A stretch of 63,668 nt of DNA, filler included, from Bipalium vagum (Eukaryota): NCBI GenBank assembly GCA_037834085.1. It is 3 parts of 3 records of this genome, joined end to end, with 100 filler letters (N's around TTAATTAATTAA, not from the genome) between each part and the next. Parts side by side here need not be neighbours in the genome. Positions count along the whole stretch, not along the records: positions 43,823 to 63,668 come from JBBMKC010263229.1; 2 more parts are not named here. One strand, 5' to 3'. Within the stretch, counting starts at the first letter, position 1, and every line of letters begins with the position of its first letter. A program made the translations under genes and the position numbers. The notes beneath the pieces are model-generated. The model saw nothing but the letters and a program-made list of their open reading frames with translations, made no database searches and had not been told where the DNA came from. Shown in pieces: positions 53,818-63,668 of the stretch.

Positions 53818-55239
53818 TACTATTAATAGAAAACCATGGAATAAAATTTATGCTAAATTTAGCAAACCAATATTACGTTGCTATTAAAAATTCAATATAA
53901 TAAAAGTAAAATAAATTAAAAACCTTTTCAAATGAGACACGCAAAAGTGTAACGCAAATATAGCTGCAAAATATTCGACAGATAAAACGTTAAGGGTATC
54001 AAAACTTTGAAGGAAAGAAAGAATCGTTCACAAAAAGTAATAGACGACAGAGTAGGCACAAAACAAAAGAAAAACAAGTCTAACATAAATATTAAACGTA
54101 AAACAATCAAAAAGTTAAAAGCAGAATAATTTTGAGAAATATCTGAAAGATATTGGTGATGTAAAAAGAATATCAAAGGAAGAATTTCAACGATTACAAT
54201 TATAAAATTATTCATTTTATTCGAGAAATTTGATTCCGAGCTTCATTTGAATTAATTTAATAAATAATTTATAATAAAAATTCCGGTTTCTCACGACTAC
54301 AGGCAGACCGATTTCAAAATGATCATAATAATAATCAAACATGACGACCTTTTTGGGATAGTCCTAGATAATCAATAATATCAAAGGTCGAAAACTTTCT
54401 TCCAACATTTAGGATCAAGTAATGGTATTGTTGTTATTTTTTACTATTTCTTCTCCTTTTTTACTTCATATCATTAGATTATTATATAAATTGTAAAAAA
54501 TAATATTTTTTAATAAGAAATGATTTATCCCAGTAAATTTATCAATTCATCAAAAGCTTTAAATGGTTTTGTCAGTCCGATTTAGTGTTTTTACTTCTTA
54601 TCGATTCTGTTTTTAATATAAATTATTTATTGCTTTTATTATACTTTAACTATTGATTTTCATATTTACCTGACGTTTCGCATAAATAAATCCCTATAAT
54701 AAACACATCTTTTTTGCGTTATGTTACCTATTTATGTTAACGTTAAAAAAATTAAGAAACTAAGTAAAATGTAAAATATAAAATATTTAATTTAAATTTC
54801 CGGGAATTTTGTTTAAATAAACTTTAATTATTGTTTTCTAGATGAAATTTTATTATAAAATATTGTTTAAATGTTTGTTAATTCACAATAAAAATAATCA
54901 CTGCTTTTTATTATAAATATATAAAAATATAAATAATTATTATTTTCAAAATAATATAAAAAATTGCTTTATATTGGAGCATTTTGACAACGAGGCCTGA
55001 TAATAATTGACAAAAAATAATTAGCAATTGTTATTTTTATATTGTTCAAAGAAAAAATGTTACGTAGCAATTAACGGTTTCTGCATTGAACATTGAATAT
55101 ATTTATAGAAAAGAGAGTATCGTTTTATAAGGGAAAAAGCTTTAACCCTTTGATTTAGAATGAATAATTAAAAAAAGAAAAATAATTTTCATCAGGCAAT
55201 AAAAAATATATAAAATAATATCCAGTAATTATTTACAAT

Positions 55240-55600
55240 CATTTAATTCCCAAGGGAATAGATCTGGATAATGTAATGATTTTTTACACTGAAAGAAATG
55301 AAACAAAGATTAAAAAGAACTGATCATCAAAAATGACAGGAAATTAAAAATGGTGATATACTTCTGAGCTTCGATCCAAAGAAGAAAAGATTTTAAAAAT
55401 ATAAAATAAATTATACAAGATTCGTTACGAATGAAATTAAACAAATTCTCAGGCATGTTGATTCAGGTAGTCTCAAAAAAATTAAGTTAAATGACAAAAT
55501 TTGTTTTAATAAGCAACTCGAAAAGTTTTTTAAAGAAATTTAAAAAAAATTAAAATATCATCATGTGTTATTGGACATGGAAAATTGATTATGAGAAAAT
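55240..55600 (+). mobile_element. Possible R4/Dong-like LINE pre-RT remnant
   Basis: Frameshifted LKQILRH..QNLF..FNKQLEKFFKEI resembles the pre-RT region of R4-type elements. Weak. Confidence 0.25.
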
Positions 55601-55808
55601 AAAGAAAAATATAATATGATTGTTTCTATTAAATAATTTGAAGTAATATGATATTATTATTTTATGTCAGGTTGTTGGAAAGAAATAAAAGACTTTTTTA
55701 AATTTTAATGCAGAAAATTATAAATTTCCATTATATTATTTCTATTATCATTATTTTTAATTTATGTATTAAACTGATAATTTAAAATAAAACAAAATTA
55801 TGATATTA

Positions 55809-56720
55809 CAGTGGTGCGCAAAAGTTTAAGGTAAATTGCAATTATCATCATAAATTAAGTAATTTTCATTTTGTATCAGTTAAAAAATTCTACGATTTGT
55901 TTAAATAAAGTAATTGATTTATTATTAATCAACCCTAACTTATCATATCTGAAATTTCAGTTTGACATTTTTGACACTTAAAAATATTTAGAAACTTATG
56001 AGGAGAAATCCTTCGTTGACTCCGACAATCAGATCAGAAGTTGTGTGCTTAGCCTGAGAAAAGTATATTCAGATGGAAATTTCAAGAAGATTAAATGTTG
56101 TGCTGTGCAGAATGTATTACGGCAGTTATCATGACGCAGAAAGAAGTGGTAGGCCTAATTAGACGACATCCTAAGATAATAGTGATAATTCGCTGATCTA
56201 TGGTTTTTAATCCATGGTGTATGACAAAAGATGTTCGAAAGAATTTATTCTATGCTTGTATAAATATCCAATGGACCACGATTACCAGACGTCTCAAGCC
56301 ATGGATTTAATAGCTTTCAAGTCTGCAAGAAAGCCTTTCCTAACTCAGGTGAGTCGGAAACTGCTCTGATCTGATGAGTGCTTCACAAGTCTGTTTGGAC
56401 ACTATTCCCAGTGGTCCGGTGAAGTAGAGAAAAAACCAAGAATGGACTCCAAAGTGTACATTGACATACTGGATAGAAAGCTGGCAAAATCTTTGGAAAA
56501 TCTGAACTGTAATATTTTCATGCAGGATTCTGTGCCATATTATGTTTCAGAGAATTAAGTCTAAAGATGATCTCATACAAATAATTCAAGGTTCGTCATA
56601 GTCATCTGTGACCGGGTTTCTTCATCGTAAACCTCTTGAAGATTATTAATAATAATTTTGTTCTTCCTTCAGATCCCTTGAGAAGTATATAACGGATCAC
56701 ACTGCAAAATTTCATATTTT
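55809..56720 (+). mobile_element. Decayed Tc1-like element
   Basis: Left end TA|cagtggtgcgcaaaagtt. DAERSGRP, ARKPFLTQ, L*SDE, MDSKVYIDIL and IFMQDSVPY. Confidence 0.85.
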
Positions 56721-57903
56721 AAAATATTTTTTTAAATAAATCAAAATCAGTGAAAACACAAAATAGAATAATAAAATTATTCGTAAATTTCAAAGTTCTT
56801 ATGAACATTATTTTACGTGCAAAATTTTATATAAGAATCTTCAATATTTCCGGTAGTTTTTTTATTGAAATGAAAAATAATTTTATTTCTTTGTGAAGAC
56901 TAATGCGGATATTTTCTTAGCCAATTAAAAAGTATCAGGTATGTTATTGAGTCATGAATTTAACAATTACCGTTTCATGCAACGGAATTTGACTTCAACT
57001 TAACAATATTTCAAGTGAAATAATCATTGCCTAAATATTATTAAAAATATAAATAAATAAAATGATAAATATCTTGATTTTTCTTATATTTTCAAGCATG
57101 CTAAATAATATTTTTTGTTTGAACCAAACTAAAATAAATAATTCATTTCAATTTTATTTAAAAAAAAAATAATTTTATTGATTAAAAAATTTCCTAAATA
57201 TTTTTCTGCTGCAATGTCTGTACTTTCGTTTTTAACACGTCATACCATAACTGTGAAAAATATTTATAAATTAAAAAGACTTTAAAAAATTGTACAAAAT
57301 TTAATTTAATAAGATTAATCCCCAAGGTACGTTGATTCAGAATAATTTGTTGTTTTCTCTAAAGTTAAGTGGATACTTAATAAAAAATAAATATGCAGTA
57401 TGATTAATTTTGAAATATCATTTGAGGAAATTTTCTCTGTTGACAAAACAGCCCCCCTCACAATATTGAGAATCCAAAGTCAATTTTACTTAGAAAATCT
57501 TGAACTTTTGAAAAAGTCAGACATTTGTACATTTAGAATAAAATGTGAACAAATTTTTATGAACTGAATGGCTGTCTTGGCCTATAACTTCTGAAGAAAA
57601 CCTATTAGAGTAATGGATTAGTTAGATTATTACTCCTTTAGAACTTCCTGATTTGTTAGAACTAAACGAGTCTTTTTATAATGTAAAACTTATAATGTAA
57701 AGAAAAGAAGCAAACGAAAAGAAAATATTGAAAGAGTCTAGACAAAGTTAATTACAAATTAAAAGTTTTTCAGACAAACAGGCCTTTTGAAGCAGTAAAA
57801 TAGAATATGTATAAAATAGTATATGTATATATTTATATATACAAACTTTAAAATGGTTCAACGTTTTTCAGACGAATAATCATTAGGATATAATTTACTT
57901 TAT

Positions 57904-57938
<35 letters not shown>

Positions 57939-58367
57939 AATATCAGTTAACCATTTACATAAATTATGCAGTGTATTATAAAATTAATTAAAAACTGACT
58001 TATATAATAAATTATTATTTATTTTATTTATTATTTATCTTTAATTTTATTATTTTTATTATTTATCAAATATTAATTAAAAAAATATTTTCTAAAGAAC
58101 TATAATTTTTATTTTATAATAATATACAGTCATTGCCAAAATGCACCGTCACCATGTCATTTATTTACTCCTATTCCTATGGAGTCTGGTTCCTTCCTCC
58201 AAATAAAACAGTCAATTCAACTGTCTATAAAACGTTAAACCGTCTCTTTCAATTTTAGAACATTATATTTATAAAATTTTGTATAATCCTTATAAAATTA
58301 ATGTCTACAATATAATAATAAATATTTCTTATAAGTGAACAACATAATGTTTTTGAATAATTATTTT

Positions 58368-59600
58368 CAGTTAAATTTATTGGACAAAATATACTTAAGT
58401 CTTTGAAAGATTTAGTACAGTAAGTTAAGAAAAAAAGTATTTACCAAGATATTTGTCCAGAATGACTTAAACTTCATAATGATAGGACACGTTTATGCAA
58501 AATTTTATTTCAAAGACATCAATACAGAATGAAATATACAGAAATAATATTATATACGATTTAAGCGTTAGTATTTACAATGTAAATAAACTTTGAAAAT
58601 CTGGCTTTTATTTGGAATATTTAAACAAGATTTTCGATTAATATTTATCGAATAATTTAATTTTGAAAATTTAGATAAAAAAACGACATTTCATACTGGA
58701 CAATCTAATATTTAGTATTTCCACCTTTTACTGCTGGCACCGCCTGTATGTGACTTGATATAGAAGACGACAGTCTTTCACATAAATCAGGTGTAATTAT
58801 TGGGTCCAGCATTGAAAAAGGCTTAAGTCAGTTCTTTTCTATCTCCATAAATTTTGTAGAGCATTCGGTTTTGTACATTGTGCAACATGTTTTCTATCGG
58901 ATTAAATGCTGTGATTCTGGAGGAAAATCCATGACAGTGGTGTGATTCTTGAAAACCCAATTCAGTGTAATCTTGGATTTATGACAACTAAATTGTCTGG
59001 TAAAAACATTGTATCGGTAATATTGGAGAAAATAACGTGAATTACTGGAATTAATTAACAATTTTTCTCTGTCTTCCATCGAAAGTTGAACACCATTGTC
59101 ATTGTCCTAAACTAAACATTTCTTTTCATCAAAAAAGATTAAGTTACACCACTGATTCTCGTTGTAGTGTTGATACTCGAGACAAAAGTTGATTCGAGCC
59201 CCCTTATGTGCCTTGGTTAATAATGGCTTCTTACGTAATAGTTTTCGCTTTTTAAACCAATAGATTTTAATTTCTTTAAAAGTGTTACATGGGAAACGTT
59301 AATATTGTGCTCATATTGCAATTTTTTAGATAGTTTTCTATAAGAAAGTCGTCGATTTTCCTTGCATATACGTTTTATATGGAACGGAGGACTTAATTAC
59401 GAAAAAACACGTGTTGAAATTGTAAATGAAACTAAATTGAACATGATTTCAGAATTATAGGAAAATATTACGGACAGATTTCTTATTGTAGCATTGAATC
59501 AAGGGAATAATTAAGCATATGTGTTGATAGTTCTTCAATAATGTTTATTTTGATATATTTATTTCATTAAAATATATTTGTCCAATAAATTTAACCAAAT
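58368..59600 (-). mobile_element. Decayed Tc1-like element
   Basis: RKKPLLTKAHKGARINFC, FFDEK, MDFPPESQHL and the C-terminus AVKGGNTKY*. Inverted repeat gttaaatttattggacaaa at about 58370 and about 59577-59595. Confidence 0.75.
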
Positions 59601-61683
59601 ATTTTGCATCATTTTTCAAGGATTTGTTAAATAAAAGTTCTTAGCTTGCAGACTATCTACTAATTTTATTTTTAATTGTTTTAGAAAAGTTGATTAACAA
59701 TTTAATTATAACAAATGTTTTTACTTGTCCTTTCATTTTACAAAATGTAAAATTATTAAATAAATTTGAAAGAGACTAAAGAACAATTTAAAAAAAATTT
59801 TTTTCGCCGAAATATTATTTACCCTATATATAATGTATATCATTTTCTTTTAATATTATATTTCATTTAATTTTGTAAAAGGTAATTATATAAATAATAT
59901 AATATATGTTGATATCAATCGATTTATAATCAGAAGTGCAAGTCATTTTTTGAATAGATTTATTAAGTGATAAAAAAATAATATTTAAACAAATTTTCTC
60001 AGATCTGGAAATTCCTTTTTTTAGTAAATTTTGAAAATAGGTTTATTGTAAAATTACATTATTACTTCTTAAATATTTTAAAATAATTAAATTAATTAAA
60101 ATAAACAATTAAAATTAATTAAAACAATTAAATTAAATTAGCCTCCTCATAATATAATTTCATGAAAATTTCAACCATATATAATTCAATTCCTTTTTAT
60201 TTATTTAGTCTTATTTTACAAAACACCTGAAACAAATATTCATACAAAATTGTTGATAAACGACTAAAAAGAGTTTTAAAAGTATTTATTTTCCTTTTTT
60301 TCGTAATTAAAATAGAATTTTAAAATAAGCAGTTCATTATTTTATATTTCATAACTTTAATAAAAATTTTAAAGTATTTTATTAAAATATGTTCGGTAAT
60401 CTGCAGATTTAGGATAAAAGTTTAAATTATTTCTTTTTCTATAATTATAACTGGTCTACAAATGGGATAGGTTTTTGAGAAAAAAATGTTATTGTTATCT
60501 ATGAAAATAAAATAATGATTGTGTAGGTTTTCAGAACATTTATTGATTAAAATTTGTATTAATAACAATAAAAAACAGAGTCATTTACAAGTGAAGTTAC
60601 TGTGATATGTTCCAGGCAGTTTTGATTTTATTGCCTTGAAATAATAATTAACACAAGTTATTGTCTGATTTTGACATTTTTGCCAAACGTCAGGGGTGAT
60701 TGATCAAATGAATACTTTTAATTCTTAAAAATTTTTGACCATAAAATTTCGGCTCTTCACTTATATCATCAATTGTTGAACATCAACTTTCTTCGAATGA
60801 GTACTGTACAGGTGTTACTGTTCATTGTTGATGATCTTTCACATTTAGAAATCTTTCTTCAGTAATTATTTATTATTGTTAATATTTGTTATTATTAACT
60901 GTGGCATTTTATCAAATGAAGAATATCGACAAGTTTCCTACAATCGGTGTAAAAGAGAAGGGGAGCATAAAAGAGTTTAAATTAATACTTTTGTTTGTGT
61001 GTGATATTTGGAAGATTAAAATATTAAAATTTATTATTTAAAGTAAATTTATTAAAATAATATCACTAAATCAATAAACTTAAGCCAAAGTGATAAAAAT
61101 AAAATAAAATTATAAACTCTGAATTGATTAATTGAGACAATGTACCTTTTTTTTATAAAAAAAATTTTTTAAATGAATCTTTACAATTATTATTATAACA
61201 GTGTTTACTGACAGAAAGTATAAGGAGAAAACAAATTTTTAAAAAAGACAGAACACTTTTACACATTTAATATCAAGGTAACTCAGATAAAAATTTAGTT
61301 TTCTGTTGTGGAGAGCACAAAAAGCAGATACCGAGAAATGTCAAAAAAGATCGATCATCAAGTGTTAGCACTCATTTAATTTTTTTACCTTTTCTCTTTT
61401 ATTATGATTATTATAAATTTTTTTTGAATATCGGTTGACCTTTAACAGTACGATTATATGTGAGTCTTGAGATCTTGAATCTTTTGTATCTCCTTATTTT
61501 AGATTTTTCTGAATTCTAACGCTTTTTCATTCTTGATTAAGCTTTTTTTGCCTTTTGTCAATAAAATATCTCAGTATTTATATTATTTTACATATTTTCT
61601 TTAGTAATTTAATGTTACTATTTTTAGATTTTATTAAAAACCTACTATAAATCTATTTTTTTAACAAAATGTTAAAATGATAA

Positions 61684-61727
61684 AATAATAATAATAATAA
61701 TAATAATTATTATTATTATTATTATTA
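61684..61727. repeat. (AAT)n(ATT)n head-to-head microsatellite palindrome
   Basis: Seen directly. Confidence 0.85.
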
Positions 61728-61789
61728 GCTTTATACTTATGTATTACTTATATGTTAGTATATTACTAAATAACTTATATTTTTTATAT

Positions 61790-62500
61790 AATGAATCATC
61801 AAAGCAGTATTTGTGATAGTCTAAATAAAGTTTGTTTGTAGTTGTTTTGATTCACTCATTTACGAACACGCTTTAACAAAAGGGAAGGTTTCAGTAGAGT
61901 TTACGAGCTAAGTGTTACGAAGTGGTTTTCATAGTAATTTAATAGGGTAACAAAATTATAAAATACCGATAAAAGTTTTTCTATCCTAAATCTATTTTTT
62001 GTCATTTTTCAATATTTAATAAATTATTAAAAAGTTCGGACGAATTAAATAGCCAATCTCATAAGATTAGGTGACTCTGGTCAAACTGTGCTGAAATGTG
62101 ATGAAACAAAAATAAATTACAATGTCAAAGCTCACATAGGAAGATCTCCCATTCACCAACTTTGGTTTTAATCATTGTTGACACTTCTTTTAAACCAGGA
62201 AGAGAATTCACCGAAACGATACCCGATAAAAGAAGTGTCACAATTTTGCTAATTATTTGAAACATAATATTGTTGTGCAGAAGTACAATTTTGGTAATCC
62301 TGAAACTGGTGTCAATACGCAAAATGTAGAAAGCTACAATAAAAAGTTAAGAAAATAAAAAATCGTTAAGGAATAGATGAAGACAAAAGAGAAGATTTGA
62401 AGATCAATGAATTTATGTTCTTAGACTTGTTCAAAGAAAATTCATTTAATGAAATATTTTTATTGTTAAAATTTAATAAATCTTCGGCTTAATTAATTTG
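61790..62500 (+). mobile_element. Merlin (IS1595/ISXO2-like DDE) transposase remnant
   Basis: RLGDSGQTVLKCDETKINYNVKAHIGR, IVDTSFKPG..IPDKRSVTILLII, KYNFGNPETGVNTQNVESYNKKL and INEFMF. Confidence 0.85.
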
Positions 62501-63593
62501 TCAGTGTTGTCAGATTAAATTGATTGCATAACGAGGTTTTAAGATTTAACTGGTTCTGTCACGGGATTGTGAGATTTAATTCGTCAGATCATTTTATTCG
62601 TTAAAAGAATTAATAAAATCAATAATAAATGATTTATTTTATTATTATTTTTTAGTATTAATATTTATCAATATTATATTATTAATACTAGTCTATTATT
62701 ATGATAATTATTATAATTATAATTATCGTAATCTATTAAAATTACAAAAAAACAAATTATTTCAATATGATCCCACAGTTCAATATTTTTATAATAAAAC
62801 TAATACAATATTAAATTGAAGTGATACGTGAGCAGTTAAATGAATTTGGTTATAAAATGCGTAAGTATATATTACGGTAGTCTTCATTATTACTACTCAA
62901 TAGGGATTAAATTGACTTAAAATATTGAAATAAAGATTTATATTTAATATCATTTCAGAGCATTAAGGAATTTTCATCTTTTAGACTCGGCTTAATGAAT
63001 TAAGGTAAAAAATAAATTTCTTTAAGAGTTTGATATTTAATATCCCTTCCTTTTTCTTTGGATTATTTTTGAGATTTTTTGAAAAAGAATTTTATAATAA
63101 AGGAGAAAGAAAATTGATATCAGAAACTATTTCGAATTTTCCAGTGAGATATTTCTTCTATTTCATTTCTTTTGCGTTTTTAATGATTTTATTGCTCAAA
63201 TGTTTATATTCCATTATATTATTTTATCAGAGCCAGACAGAAAAACCAACGATTTTTTGAAAACTTCAATAAAATAATATATCACAACAGAAAACCAATG
63301 ACCTAATAAAATTATCATTATTTTATTTCATATTTCAGTAAAAAGTGCCTTACGACCGTGTTTTCTATGTAAATCGCATTTTAGAGATAAGTCACTCACT
63401 TCGCTGCAGTTTAGAAGAAGGAAACAGTTTAATTGATATTTGCAGAATCTCAACCTTGCTTTTAGTCGAATTTATTAAATTCATACAATATTTACCGCGT
63501 TTCTTTTTAATGTTTTCATAAAAAATTTTAGTAAATTTAGATCGATAATTATCCAAAACCATTAAAAATGTCTTTATTAAGAAATATGTATCG

Positions 63594-63594
63594 A

Positions 63595-63668
<74 letters not shown>
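63594..63668. repeat. (ATT)n microsatellite at the window end
   Basis: Seen directly. Confidence 0.95.

Noticed and set aside
1-63668. CRISPR arrays, tRNA/rRNA genes, operons or prokaryotic defence systems
   Set aside because: No regularly spaced repeats or structured-RNA signatures were seen. The sequence is intron-containing eukaryotic DNA.

Overview
This is very AT-rich eukaryotic (metazoan) genomic DNA, not prokaryotic. It consists of three contigs joined by artificial 100-nt linkers (N44-TTAATTAATTAA-N44 at 19780-19879 and 43723-43822). The one host gene I can support is a 5'-incomplete RIM-binding protein gene (RIMBP2/Drosophila Rbp family) on the + strand, about 23970-43180. It encodes the end of FN3-1, FN3-2, FN3-3, a low-complexity linker, SH3-2 and SH3-3 in at least 10 exons. 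Its introns are either tiny (43-50 nt) or 1-6.4 kb and often contain transposon remnants. Most of the rest is decayed DNA transposons: many mariners resembling the mauritiana, cecropia, mellifera and irritans subfamilies; Tc1/Tc3-like elements; a Tigger/pogo split by a nested Tc3-like element; a Tc2/pogo remnant; a DD39D (plant-mariner/Guest)-like deletion derivative; and a Merlin (IS1595/ISXO2-like) remnant. There are also small LINE and Ty3/gypsy fragments and (AAT)n microsatellites. Most ORFs in the supplied track are transposon fragments, antisense shadows or exon read-throughs. I found no convincing novel biological system. The most interesting items are the unusual transposon families, the clean nested insertion, the bimodal intron architecture and an AT-rich spacerless palindrome. 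All family assignments are by-eye motif recognition from memory; no database searches were run.
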